From: Promethearchaeota archaeon
GTDB taxonomy: Archaea; Asgardarchaeota; Lokiarchaeia; Sigyniarchaeales; SOKP01
Length of the DNA: 64,000 bases
Assembly (NCBI GenBank): GCA_016839745.1
Contig: JAEOTS010000044.1
Location: 30,286 to 94,285, forward strand
Reading direction: 5' to 3'
Made by a program: the position numbers and the translations under genes. The notes under the pieces are model-generated. The model did not search any database. It had not been told where the DNA came from and saw only the letters and a program-made list of their open reading frames with translations. Below are positions 19,796 through 29,968 of the stretch, piece by piece; the first letter of the stretch is position 1, and the number at the start of each line of letters is the position of its first letter.

Positions 19796-20929
19796 TTATT
19801 TCCATTGCATTTTTCCGTAATTCTTTTGAGTCACGCTTTCTAAACCCTTTAAAACATTCTTCGTTCCCGTAGTTTTATAAATTTTCATTAATTCATCCAT
19901 CGTTGTAATTCTCCCGTTTTTAGCAGAAAGGTAGGAAAGAAGTACTACAGCGACTCCCTGTTTTGCTTGTTCTGGTGTAAATTCCGGTTCTTTATCTTCT
20001 AATATACATTCGGCGAAATACGCATCTTCATATCCCATGGAGATTTTATAATATTGTGGAAATGGTCCGTGTTCAATTGAGGGACTATAAAATTCACCTT
20101 TAACTTCAGCATCTGGATGTGAAGTGAGAACTCGAATGGGATTTTCCCATGAATGATCTTCAAGAATTGTTCCTCTGGTTCCATGTAACTCTGTCCTATT
20201 AGTTGGTAAATGAATAGTAACTGAGGAAATATCAACTGTTATCATTGCTCCATTCTTATATCTTAGTAGAATAATTGCGTTGTCTTCTCCTTTATTAGGG
20301 GGAGAATTCGTAGCCTTTCCTAACCAGCATTGTGCAGAATCAACTTCTCCCAAAAGCCAATTCAACAAGGTAAATTTATGAACACCTTGATCGGCAACAA
20401 CCCCACCACCTCCCTTATCGTAAGTAAAATTCCACGAATTAGGATCAAGAAATTGATCTGGACTAACATATGCTCCTTCATAAGTTCGGCCAAGAAAAAC
20501 TTCTCCAATATAATCACTTTCTATAATATCCTTCATGAACTGGTGAGCAGGAAGAAAACGGTGATTTTCGGCAATCATGAATTTAACACCAGCTTTTTTT
20601 GTTGCTGCTATCATATCATCACACTCTTCAAGTGTAGTAGCCATTGGTTTTTCACATATTATATGTTTTCCCGATTCTGCTACCTCAACAACTATATCTC
20701 TATGAAGATAATGTGGTACCATGATAAGAACTGCATCTATATCACTCTTAAGAAAATCTTCTAAAGTTGAATAAGTTTCTAGTTTAGAATACTTAGCAAC
20801 TCTTTTTAATTTTCTCTCATCGATATCGTATGCTGATATAAACTTAATCTTTGGATTTTTTTTAGAACCAAGCTTGTGGAAGCCCCACACAGCACCAGTG
20901 CCAATTATACCAAATTTCACATAATCCAT
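19796..20929 (-). CDS. Gfo/Idh/MocA family oxidoreductase
   Basis: GIIGTG, PHYLH, CEKPMA, GGGVVADQGVH. Confidence 0.93.
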   Translation of the reverse strand: MDYVKFGIIGTGAVWGFHKLGSKKNPKIKFISAYDIDERKLKRVAKYSKLETYSTLEDFLKSDIDAVLIMVPHYLHRDIVVEVAESGKHIICEKPMATTLEECDDMIAATKKAGVKFMIAENHRFLPAHQFMKDIIESDYIGEVFLGRTYEGAYVSPDQFLDPNSWNFTYDKGGGGVVADQGVHKFTLLNWLLGEVDSAQCWLGKATNSPPNKGEDNAIILLRYKNGAMITVDISSVTIHLPTNRTELHGTRGTILEDHSWENPIRVLTSHPDAEVKGEFYSPSIEHGPFPQYYKISMGYEDAYFAECILEDKEPEFTPEQAKQGVAVVLLSYLSAKNGRITTMDELMKIYKTTGTKNVLKGLESVTQKNYGKMQWK

Positions 20930-20957
20930 AAAATAATTCCTCTATCAATCTACAATT

Positions 20958-22082
20958 TTATTTTACAAAAATATTTTTATCCAAACTTGAAAGCCGTTCG
21001 CAGCCAGATTTGGTAATCCTATAGCAATCTTCTACACCAATCAAACCTTGATTTTTAAAATTTTGCCATATTTCAATATCTAAAACCATATTTGCTTCAA
21101 ATGGAATGTCTAGGGTTTTCATTGGACTAAATAAATGAATTTCCTCACATTCTAATCCAATACTATGCCCTATAATGAAACACCTTCCTCGCTTTGCTAG
21201 AGATTTATAAAAATTTTTAGCATTATTATACAACTCTTTAATATTTAAATCAGGCTTAATATTATTTAAACAGAATTCTTGTACTTTTATCAATCTATCC
21301 ATAATTTCTTCAGCACCATCAGGTACTTGACCTATCACGAGCTCCCTGCTGACATCTGAGACGTAACCTTTCCAAATAGTGCCAATATCAAACCTATTAA
21401 GATCTCCAGATTTTAAAGTATTTCCAACTCCAGGCGCTTCAGGATCAGAAGGTCCCAAGTTCATTGTAAGATGATCCCATCCTTCTGCACCTTCATCAAC
21501 GACAGTTCTTCTAGCAATTTGTAATAACTCTATGTCGCTAATTCCTTCATGAGCAGCATCAATCATCGCTTTTATTGCTTTTTCAGAAATTTCTGTAGAT
21601 TTTCGTATGCGTCTTACTTCCTCTTCTGATTTAACTAAACGCATGTCTAAAAATGCTTCATCTCCATTAATAAAATTCGCTCTTGGAAATTTATTCCTCA
21701 AATATTCAGACTGATAAGAAGGCATTAGAGATTCGTATCCAATATTTTTTTCTGCCAATCCCCATTTTTCAATTCTATCTGACACCTCTTTCATTGCTGC
21801 TGTAGGAGAAGCAATTCCACTTACATCGGTGACCCAAGAAAATTTATCTACACTACGATAAGTGATCCAGGTAATAAGACTTTCCTCGCCATCCCTCCGT
21901 AATAAAGATAGACTTGGATATTGATTGTATAGCACATATAAAATCGGATTTGGTGCTACATGTAATATCGGCAAGCCCGTTGTATAAAATATGTTTACTG
22001 GAGTAGATGCAACTAACACATCAATATCATATTTTTCTAAAACAGTGCACGCCTTTTCTTTATTAAAACCAATAGGGTCCAT
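20958..22082 (-). CDS. M24 family Xaa-Pro peptidase/creatinase-like hydrolase
   Basis: RLVKSEEE, D..YVSDVSR, GHSIGLE, GVED. Confidence 0.9.
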   Translation of the reverse strand: MDPIGFNKEKACTVLEKYDIDVLVASTPVNIFYTTGLPILHVAPNPILYVLYNQYPSLSLLRRDGEESLITWITYRSVDKFSWVTDVSGIASPTAAMKEVSDRIEKWGLAEKNIGYESLMPSYQSEYLRNKFPRANFINGDEAFLDMRLVKSEEEVRRIRKSTEISEKAIKAMIDAAHEGISDIELLQIARRTVVDEGAEGWDHLTMNLGPSDPEAPGVGNTLKSGDLNRFDIGTIWKGYVSDVSRELVIGQVPDGAEEIMDRLIKVQEFCLNNIKPDLNIKELYNNAKNFYKSLAKRGRCFIIGHSIGLECEEIHLFSPMKTLDIPFEANMVLDIEIWQNFKNQGLIGVEDCYRITKSGCERLSSLDKNIFVK

Positions 22083-22151
22083 ATTATATCAAATTTTTAA
22101 TTATTAATTTTCTTTAATTTGAAAGATAATGTTGATGTCAAATTACACTTA

Positions 22152-22502
22152 TTAATCTATATCCATAAAAACTTCTAATCTCTGTAATGCCCCCATATCT
22201 CCTTTTGTTTTAAGTTCTCCATCCATAAAAGCTTCCATCGGATCTACTTCTCCAGTGGCAATACCTACAAATAGATCTGAATTAACTTCTAAACCCATTT
22301 CTGCATCTTCATTATATCCATCCTCTAATCTCGCTGTTTTATTCTCAAAAATCATTTTTAGTTTGTAATCTATGTCTGGAAATACAAACTGCATAGTTTT
22401 GTTAAAATCTTCAAACTCGTCTGCAATTTCTGGTTCATCTAACATATTAACCCAAACATTAAGAGCATCTTTAACTTCTTCGGCAGTAGCCAATAATTCC
22501 AC
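22152..22502 (-). CDS. SCP2 sterol/lipid-binding domain protein
   Basis: GEVDPMEAFMDGELKTKGDM signature. Confidence 0.92.
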   Translation of the reverse strand: MELLATAEEVKDALNVWVNMLDEPEIADEFEDFNKTMQFVFPDIDYKLKMIFENKTARLEDGYNEDAEMGLEVNSDLFVGIATGEVDPMEAFMDGELKTKGDMGALQRLEVFMDID

Positions 22503-22653
22503 CTCTTATTTTATGTTAATTATACTATTTCTATTTAAACACATGTTATGAATTATGAGATATTTAGTTAATCTTATTTAAATACTTTGTAACACACATG
22601 TCGTTTGTAACTTGTATCTTTTGAAGGAAGTATTCATAATTCTATAATAATTA

Positions 22654-23448
22654 TTAAATTTTTCCTTGTTTTTTAAGCATTTCTAACACATCTTGTGGGT
22701 ATTTAGCTCTAAAGAAAGGCATGCTTGAATACCAATGGCTTAATATCTTAACTATCAATGATGCTTTGTTCTTTTTTTTATTTTTTTTGCAAAAATATAC
22801 TCTTCGGTATTTTTCAGCATATTTCCAACCGCTTACCCTCCTTCCGGCTAATCTTGTTTTTGGTTTATATGTCCATGTAGCATAATTTATTAACCAAAAT
22901 TGTGTTTTATGACAAGCAAGAAGTTGATCGATTAGCGAAAAAGCCTCCTTTTTAAAACCGAAGAAAAAATTTGGGCTTAATGTCGAATAAAAATAAAGAG
23001 TTGGAGCGAAGTCGATTAACTTGTTATGAATGCAGTAATATATTGCTTTACCTGTATTTACATGATCCATGTGATAATAAGCCGTATAAATTGCTTCTGG
23101 TGCGAAAATTATATCAGGTTTCTCTTCTTTTAAATATTCAGCAATTTTATTTACGAATTCTTTTGTAAATTCTACTAAACCATCAACATAACCAAAAAAG
23201 TGTATATTTTCTGGAGGTATCCCATGAATTCTTTGAGCATTGTATAATTCTTGAGTTCTAACTTTTGCCAGAAAATCACCTTTAAACTTATCATATTGAG
23301 CACCAGGAAGTCCATACTCACCTTTCGTGGTTGAGGCGATCTTAATTATATGCTTCTGTTTACTTTTTGTTGTAAGATAATGAATGAGGTGTCCGCAATT
23401 TAGCTCTAAATCGTCCGGATGAGGTTGAATGAATAAAATTTTTGCCAA
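22654..23448 (-). CDS. PIG-L/LmbE family deacetylase
   Basis: PHPDDLE, TKGEYG, RTQE, HMDH, HKTQ. Confidence 0.9.
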   Translation of the reverse strand: MAKILFIQPHPDDLELNCGHLIHYLTTKSKQKHIIKIASTTKGEYGLPGAQYDKFKGDFLAKVRTQELYNAQRIHGIPPENIHFFGYVDGLVEFTKEFVNKIAEYLKEEKPDIIFAPEAIYTAYYHMDHVNTGKAIYYCIHNKLIDFAPTLYFYSTLSPNFFFGFKKEAFSLIDQLLACHKTQFWLINYATWTYKPKTRLAGRRVSGWKYAEKYRRVYFCKKNKKKNKASLIVKILSHWYSSMPFFRAKYPQDVLEMLKKQGKI

Positions 23449-23458
23449 TTTTCTAACC

Positions 23459-24349
23459 TTACTTTATAGCTTCCAATTGTGCTTGTCTTTTCGCTAACAA
23501 AAACGAGCTTAACAAGATCAAAGAGACTCCAACAATTACATATATGATAGGAAAAATTGTAGAAGGCATTAGTGCAAAAACAAAGAAATATGCTATAATA
23601 GGTGTAATTTGTATAGGTACTTGCTGAATAGGAATCATTCGACTAGCGTTAGCTACTTGGAATGATTGTTGGATTTTCATAATCCCTAAGATACTAGCTG
23701 CAATTAAAATTACGGCACATGCTATAAACAAGAATATCTCGCCTAAAGACGCGTTTCCTCCAAAAACATGAGCGATAACAGCCATTAAAGGTGCAATCCA
23801 AAAATTAGTTAATGAAAATTGGAATCCTGAGGATATTGCTAATAATATTCCCTTTAATTTTTCAATTTTTCTTTGTAAAATCTCACATATCAATGAACCT
23901 AGAAATAAAGCAATAGTAAAAATAGTCATATTAAGTACAAGATCAAAAGCTAAAATGTCTATACCAGCAATATCTATACTTAATTCAGAAAGACCTAATA
24001 GAAAAATCGCTAAAATCATCACCACAATTCCTATAATTTCTTCCTTTTTTAAAGTCTCACCAACAATTTTAACAGATCCAATAGCAAGGAAAATTAAACC
24101 AAATGCCATCAAGCCGGGTATTATCGCGGGGCCTATATAAATTTGCGCGATCATGAAAAAAACTGAGCCTATTATAAGTTCCATTAACATCCCTGTTATC
24201 CAAAGAGGTTTTTTCACTAAACTTCTAAAGAATTTTGCTTCAGGGGGTACTTCATTAACTACCTTCTTTTGTAAGACTAAACCTATGTTATTTATACTTC
24301 CTGACAATATAGCTAAAAAAACACCTATAAAGTATGAAACACCATTCAT
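23459..24349 (-). CDS. DMT-superfamily transporter (NIPA-like)
   Basis: GLVLQKK, PLWITG, GETL, about 9 TM helices. Confidence 0.8.
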   Translation of the reverse strand: MNGVSYFIGVFLAILSGSINNIGLVLQKKVVNEVPPEAKFFRSLVKKPLWITGMLMELIIGSVFFMIAQIYIGPAIIPGLMAFGLIFLAIGSVKIVGETLKKEEIIGIVVMILAIFLLGLSELSIDIAGIDILAFDLVLNMTIFTIALFLGSLICEILQRKIEKLKGILLAISSGFQFSLTNFWIAPLMAVIAHVFGGNASLGEIFLFIACAVILIAASILGIMKIQQSFQVANASRMIPIQQVPIQITPIIAYFFVFALMPSTIFPIIYVIVGVSLILLSSFLLAKRQAQLEAIK

Positions 24350-24429
24350 TTTTCGATTACATCCCTTTTTCTTAGAATGAATACATATTTGTTTTTTGTC
24401 TATATAAAACTTATCTAAATGAATTTGAT

Positions 24430-25560
24430 TTAAACATTAAAATTCTTGACAATTTCTGATATTTTTTCTATTTTTCGAATATCTCCATTCGGGGAGAGTT
24501 CATCCGATACTCCAAGGATCAAATGCGGTGAAAATAATTTTAAAACCTTCTGAGTATATTCCTTGAGATAATTATCACTATATTCTGGTAAAAATAATAT
24601 AGAAGGTATTCCATCTAAAAGTATCTTATTTCCAATTGCATCTTTGATATCCTCCAAGCTGACATCACCTTGTGGTTTTGCAGTTAAAGCTTCAAATCCG
24701 TCAAAAGGTAAATATTCGAAATAAGGAAGAAAATCTCTAAGAGACCCATCAATATGAATATGACAGTACTTTCCCTTTTGATGAAGTTGATTTACTCGTT
24801 TTTCATAATAGGGTATAAGGTATTTCTCAAAATAATGTGGAGGGCTTAAATTTGAATCAAGATTCTCACCAAAATTAACTAATTGAATTGGAGAATTTGA
24901 TATCTGGTCATACATCTGATCATCCCAATCCTCTAAAAACATCATGAAATTCTCTAATTGGGATGGATAACGTTTTAAAAATAAGATAGTCCCTGTAAAA
25001 CCCATATACTCAGTAACTAATTTTTGATATGGAGATTTTAATAAATATGTACTGGTGACACAAGTTTCTCCAAAATGCTTTTCTGCTAATTCAAAATTCT
25101 TTTTTGAAAACAAAACATTTGTATTTTCTAAAATATATTGCATTGATTTAATATCAGCTAAAGTCTTTATTGGATATTCAGTTTTATGGCCTCCAAGTCC
25201 GCCACCAATTGATTCTACTTGTTTAAGCTTTCCAAGAGGAGTTTTGTGAATGGTGATAGTTTCTCCTTTCTTTGATCCATGTTCTCTTTGAACTTTAATA
25301 TGGGACAGAGGATCAATTATTTCATAGTATAATGGTAGATATAATGTTTCTTCTGAGTAACGTGGACTAACACCTAGTTCTTTGTAAATATCTAACTGAG
25401 TTTTACCATAATAATGAGTAGGGATTGCTTTTGAGTATTTTTTTTTTTGTTTTGAATAAATCTTATTTCCAAAGTACCAGTAATAAAGCCTTGGACTAAA
25501 GACAATTTTATGCGTCTTTTCTCTCGAAAAAGTTTTGAGAACTTCTTGCCGTAAAGTCAT
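24430..25560 (-). CDS. uroporphyrinogen decarboxylase/MtaA-CmuA superfamily protein
   Basis: TPLGKL, SPPHYFEKYLIPYY, HIDG, PQGDV, ILGVSDE. Confidence 0.8.
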   Translation of the reverse strand: MTLRQEVLKTFSREKTHKIVFSPRLYYWYFGNKIYSKQKKKYSKAIPTHYYGKTQLDIYKELGVSPRYSEETLYLPLYYEIIDPLSHIKVQREHGSKKGETITIHKTPLGKLKQVESIGGGLGGHKTEYPIKTLADIKSMQYILENTNVLFSKKNFELAEKHFGETCVTSTYLLKSPYQKLVTEYMGFTGTILFLKRYPSQLENFMMFLEDWDDQMYDQISNSPIQLVNFGENLDSNLSPPHYFEKYLIPYYEKRVNQLHQKGKYCHIHIDGSLRDFLPYFEYLPFDGFEALTAKPQGDVSLEDIKDAIGNKILLDGIPSILFLPEYSDNYLKEYTQKVLKLFSPHLILGVSDELSPNGDIRKIEKISEIVKNFNV

Positions 25561-25584
25561 TTTTTCTATGAAAACAAGTATATT

Positions 25585-26364
25585 TTATATCCCTAAGATT
25601 TTTCTAGCCTCAGAAGGATCTGCAGTTTCTCGTCCTAATTCCTTACTTAATCTTACCATCCGAGCTACAATCTCAGCATTATCTTTTGCTGGAACATTTT
25701 CTTTGATAAATGGATAATCTTCTGTACCAACACGCACATTTCCTCCATGCTGAATTGCTAACACTGCGATTTTGGTTTGATCTTTTCCCATAACACTAAT
25801 TGTATGCACACTATCTTTAGGCATATATTTGATTCTATGCAAATATTCATCTGCAGAAGGCGGAGACCAAGTTCCTCCGGGCCAATTAAAGAAAAGAGTT
25901 AAGATATAGGGGGGATCTAAAACTCCTTTATTGATTAAATGATTCAAATTCCAATAAGAACCAGTATGCCATATTTCCCATTCTATTCCGATTCTAAATT
26001 TTTTACATGAGATGCAATATTGTTCTAGTTCATCAAGATCATGGATGACATTTACACTCCCTTCTGGAAAGTGTTCTGCATGATGATTTGCAATGACAGA
26101 TAGCAAATCTGGCTTTGCATGAAAATCAGGACCCCGTTCTTCTATAGGATAACTAGACATACCTGCTTGGATTATGATATCACATCTTTCTCGAATTCTT
26201 TTGACAGATTCAATTTCTTCTCCTCTCGGAAGATGGATATGGGCAACTGCAGCTCCCGCTTCATAACATTTTACGACATCATCTATTAAGTCATCAGTAT
26301 TTTCAGCCCAATTTTTTAAATCAGGATAAATCCAAGAATTTGCTGTAGTGGCAGTAATTATCAT
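25585..26364 (-). CDS. beta-keto acid cleavage enzyme (BKACE/DUF849)
   Basis: IITA, AGAAVAHIH, GGNVRVGTED, NAEIV, ADPSEARKILG; start placed at ATG 26364. Confidence 0.9.
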   Translation of the reverse strand: MIITATTANSWIYPDLKNWAENTDDLIDDVVKCYEAGAAVAHIHLPRGEEIESVKRIRERCDIIIQAGMSSYPIEERGPDFHAKPDLLSVIANHHAEHFPEGSVNVIHDLDELEQYCISCKKFRIGIEWEIWHTGSYWNLNHLINKGVLDPPYILTLFFNWPGGTWSPPSADEYLHRIKYMPKDSVHTISVMGKDQTKIAVLAIQHGGNVRVGTEDYPFIKENVPAKDNAEIVARMVRLSKELGRETADPSEARKILGI

Positions 26365-26374
26365 TTTTTCAAAT

Positions 26375-27412
26375 TTATCTTGAAACACGACCAGATACAT
26401 CACCTTTCATTATTTTTCTTACTTCCTCAACTGTAACTAAATTAAAATCGCCAAAAATTGTGTGTTTTAGACACGAGGCGGCTACTGCAAAATTCAATAC
26501 TTCTTGTAAATCGTTTTTAAAATTCAGAAGCCCATAGATTAAACCGGCAACAAACGAATCTCCTCCGCCAACTCTATCAACAATATGAGTTATTTCGTAA
26601 TGAGGGCTGATAAACATATCGTTTCCATTATATATCAAACCTGCCCATGTATTATGACTAGCGGAAATTGACCCCCTAAGTGTAATTGCTACATTTTTCA
26701 AATTTGGATATTGTTGTGTTATAGTCTCCACAACATATTTATATTTTTCTGGATCTAACTTCCCCGAGGTAACATTCGTATCAGGAGCACTAATTCCGAG
26801 AACTTTTTCTGCATCCTCCTCATTTCCAATAGCGATTTCGCAATATTTCACTAATTCTGGCATGACATCTAGAGGTGATTTTCCATACTTCCACAACTTA
26901 CTTCGATAGTTTAAATCACAGGAAATTGTAATTCCCCTTCTTTTTGCTTCTTTAACTGCGCTAAGGCAAATTTCTGCTAAGTTTGGAGATATCGCGGGAG
27001 AAATACCTGTCCAGTGAAACCAATGCACATCCTTAAAAATAGCATCCCAGTCAAACATGCTCACATTAGCAGTTGCGATTGCAGAATTTGCACGATCATA
27101 AATCACTTTACTAGGCCGAGCAGACGCTCCAATTTCTAGAAAGTAGATCCCAATTCTATCTCCACCTCTTACGATTTTATCGGTATTAACTCCATATTGT
27201 CGCAAATATTGAATACATGCATCTCCAAGATTGTTTTTAGGTAATCTTGTAACATACTCAACGGGAATACCGAAATTTGCCAAAGAAACGGCAACATTAG
27301 CTTCCCCACCACCAAAGATAGCATCAAAGGATCTAGTTTGTGTAAATCTTCTGAAATATGGAGGGGATAACCTTAGCATAATTTCTCCTAGTGTGAGGAC
27401 TTTTTGACTCAT
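26375..27412 (-). CDS. kdgK: PfkB sugar kinase, 2-keto-3-deoxygluconate kinase-like
   Basis: GEIMLRLSPP, GGEANVA, YDRANSA, DLNYRSKLW, DRVGGGDSF, LKHTIFGD. Confidence 0.85.
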   Translation of the reverse strand: MSQKVLTLGEIMLRLSPPYFRRFTQTRSFDAIFGGGEANVAVSLANFGIPVEYVTRLPKNNLGDACIQYLRQYGVNTDKIVRGGDRIGIYFLEIGASARPSKVIYDRANSAIATANVSMFDWDAIFKDVHWFHWTGISPAISPNLAEICLSAVKEAKRRGITISCDLNYRSKLWKYGKSPLDVMPELVKYCEIAIGNEEDAEKVLGISAPDTNVTSGKLDPEKYKYVVETITQQYPNLKNVAITLRGSISASHNTWAGLIYNGNDMFISPHYEITHIVDRVGGGDSFVAGLIYGLLNFKNDLQEVLNFAVAASCLKHTIFGDFNLVTVEEVRKIMKGDVSGRVSR

Positions 27413-27524
27413 AATAATCATCTCAGCTTTAACATGATGATTAAAATTCACATACTTTTTAAACTTTCAATTTTAATATCGCAATTAAAACGATTAAAAA
27501 AAAAGGAGAAAATTTTATTTAGTT

Positions 27525-28091
27525 TTATATTTTTGAACCACAATTTTCGCAGAAATTACCTTCTTTAGGTAATTGATGACCACAATAAACGCAATACGCC
27601 TTTCCTTTAGTTTCCAAAGGTTCCGCAAGTTTTTTAGGAGGAACAACATAATCTTCAGACTTCACATATGCAACTTTTTCGCCGAGAATAATTTCGCCCG
27701 TTTCTGAATTAAAACGATACCTAATAATTCCTTTATTGCGTAGATCAATAAGAACTTGAAGTACGTCTTTAGGTTTAATTCCAACTTCAAGAGCAATATC
27801 CTCTAATTTATGGGTTCCTTGGTTACCACGGTCAAGTATCGCAACTTTAATAGCTTTTTGGAATTTCATGTTGGTATAATATTGCGAAAAACCTCCTAGC
27901 ATTATAAAGAAAGCAGGAATGAATAACCAATAACCCCAAGATCTAAGACCAATAAATTCGACATTAAATGCTAGGAAAAATAGAGATAGTATAGCAACGA
28001 ATAAAAATACTAAACCTACAGCAAAAGTTTCGATTGCAGCTTCATATTTTTTCTTAGAATAGTAGCGATTCTTATATCTATCATAAGACAT
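27525..28091 (-). CDS. membrane protein with winged-helix (PCI-like) domain and C-terminal double zinc ribbon
   Basis: 2 TM helices; LEDIALEVGI..V..L..L..KG wHTH; CVYCG...CENCG. Confidence 0.75.
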   Translation of the reverse strand: MSYDRYKNRYYSKKKYEAAIETFAVGLVFLFVAILSLFFLAFNVEFIGLRSWGYWLFIPAFFIMLGGFSQYYTNMKFQKAIKVAILDRGNQGTHKLEDIALEVGIKPKDVLQVLIDLRNKGIIRYRFNSETGEIILGEKVAYVKSEDYVVPPKKLAEPLETKGKAYCVYCGHQLPKEGNFCENCGSKI

Positions 28092-28258
28092 AATTTCTTA
28101 TCACTTCTTTGATTAACACATTTTTTGTTTTTAGAATCAATTTGTAAGTATTGAGATGATTCATTAATTTAAAAACATTTGGAGTCCAATATCTAGGAGG
28201 TACGTTAAAAATGTCAAAGAGTCTTTAAATGAAAGAAAATAAACAAATGAAAACTGGA

Positions 28259-29890
28259 TTAGAATATATCAAATGCCTTTCCCATCCAGTATACGACCAA
28301 GTAACTATTAGGTATTACTTGTCTTAATCCAAGATTATAAGTTTCATTATCACCACCAGGTCCAAAGAATTTACTACCTTCCCATAGGAAATGATGAACA
28401 CCCATTTCTGAGACTGTTAAAGGGAGTTTATAATGAATATCCCTTTCATCATCGCTCCAAATTTCAATTGTTTCTCCAACCCAGGAAAAAAGCGTTCCGT
28501 ATATATTGTTTTCAAAGAAATTAATCCATTTTACTCTACTCGGATCAACTTCCATACTAGAGATTTCTGGATTTAAACTGGTAGCTCTTGTAGAATTAGG
28601 TCTTACCGTTAAATTGTAATCTCTTACCCCATTTCCCCATCCTGAAGTGTTAAATCTCCACAATTGATCTAAAATATCCCATCGTATAGTTTCATCGTTA
28701 TATCTGGGATCCTCAAATAAAGAGGAGTCTTGTATTAGAGTCATAAAAGTAAGGTGAATGACATTAAAGAAGGCGTTTCGATGATATCTCAAGAAACTGT
28801 AAAAACCCTCTTCAAACCTCTTGATATAATGATGCTGTAAAAGTGGATTATCTTCTAGCATTATTAAGGCAAATTCCACATCCATACTAAAGGCAAGGGC
28901 ATAAGTATCGTACGCTGTGTTGCTTACTGAGCCCATGTGGCCATTATGCATTGACATTATTTTTGTTGCTGCGTAATTATAAAGAGAATCGTAAACATCT
29001 GGATACGCTGTAGCGCCAATTCGAAGTAGAGCTAGCTGCCACATACTTTCTCCTATTATTGGATTTAAATCAGATCCTACCGGTTCTCCGTTCCCACCTA
29101 ATACTAACCAGTTAGTTTTACGAAATCCCTCGATCATTTGAGCCGTTAATAATTTAATTCTTTCAACAGACCACCGACTATCCTCGTTAGCTTCAGGATC
29201 AATAAATCTTAAAACGCTTGCGAATCCCAAATAATACCCTGCTAACTCGTCACGGGATGTATGCAGCCTAACTCTCCAATTGCTATAAGGACCTGTTCCA
29301 TTAAAATGACGATAGTAAGGATCGAATAACCATTGGTGATATTTTCGATTTTCTGGAGCAGAAACAAATCTTGCCGGCATCCCAGGATATTCTGGTCCTA
29401 TACCTCCGTTAGGAGCAGCAAGCATGTTAGTAAAACCAGAAACACATTTTTTCACCATTCTTGTTGCATTTTCAAGCTCATTAGTATCACTGTTATCTAA
29501 TGCATATTTATAGCGCAAACATTGAGAGGCAAGTGTATATCCTAAATGTAGGGCACCGTTATCCGTTTGATGCCAAGTTCCAACTTCACTGTAAGAATCA
29601 TTGGTAAATGTAACATCAATACTAATGTTAGTAGGAATGTGCCATTTCTCTAATTGGTAATCGTATTTATCTGCCATTTGGTCTAAATATGTTTGATTTC
29701 CGATGATTTGGTTTAAAGGAGTGAAGTAGTTAGTATTTGGAGGGTCAAGACTTAATGTTAGTGAAGCCAAATCGTCAAGAATATATAGGCCAAAGCCTAC
29801 ATAGCCGAAAAAACTAATGACTGGAATAGAAAATAAAATTGTAATAACGATATTTTTCTTTAAAAGGTTTTTTCTCGTTCTTATTCGCAA
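28259..29890 (-). CDS. membrane-anchored extracellular hypothetical protein (helical, possibly alpha/alpha-barrel enzyme)
   Basis: N-terminal TM anchor, many NxS/T sites, aromatic-rich, SRDE motif. Confidence 0.65.
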   Translation of the reverse strand: MRIRTRKNLLKKNIVITILFSIPVISFFGYVGFGLYILDDLASLTLSLDPPNTNYFTPLNQIIGNQTYLDQMADKYDYQLEKWHIPTNISIDVTFTNDSYSEVGTWHQTDNGALHLGYTLASQCLRYKYALDNSDTNELENATRMVKKCVSGFTNMLAAPNGGIGPEYPGMPARFVSAPENRKYHQWLFDPYYRHFNGTGPYSNWRVRLHTSRDELAGYYLGFASVLRFIDPEANEDSRWSVERIKLLTAQMIEGFRKTNWLVLGGNGEPVGSDLNPIIGESMWQLALLRIGATAYPDVYDSLYNYAATKIMSMHNGHMGSVSNTAYDTYALAFSMDVEFALIMLEDNPLLQHHYIKRFEEGFYSFLRYHRNAFFNVIHLTFMTLIQDSSLFEDPRYNDETIRWDILDQLWRFNTSGWGNGVRDYNLTVRPNSTRATSLNPEISSMEVDPSRVKWINFFENNIYGTLFSWVGETIEIWSDDERDIHYKLPLTVSEMGVHHFLWEGSKFFGPGGDNETYNLGLRQVIPNSYLVVYWMGKAFDIF

Positions 29891-29968
29891 TTAAATCACA
29901 CTTAGTATGTTATTAAATTAAAACATCTCATTTCTATTGCTTTGTATTTAATTTTACTTTTTATCTAT

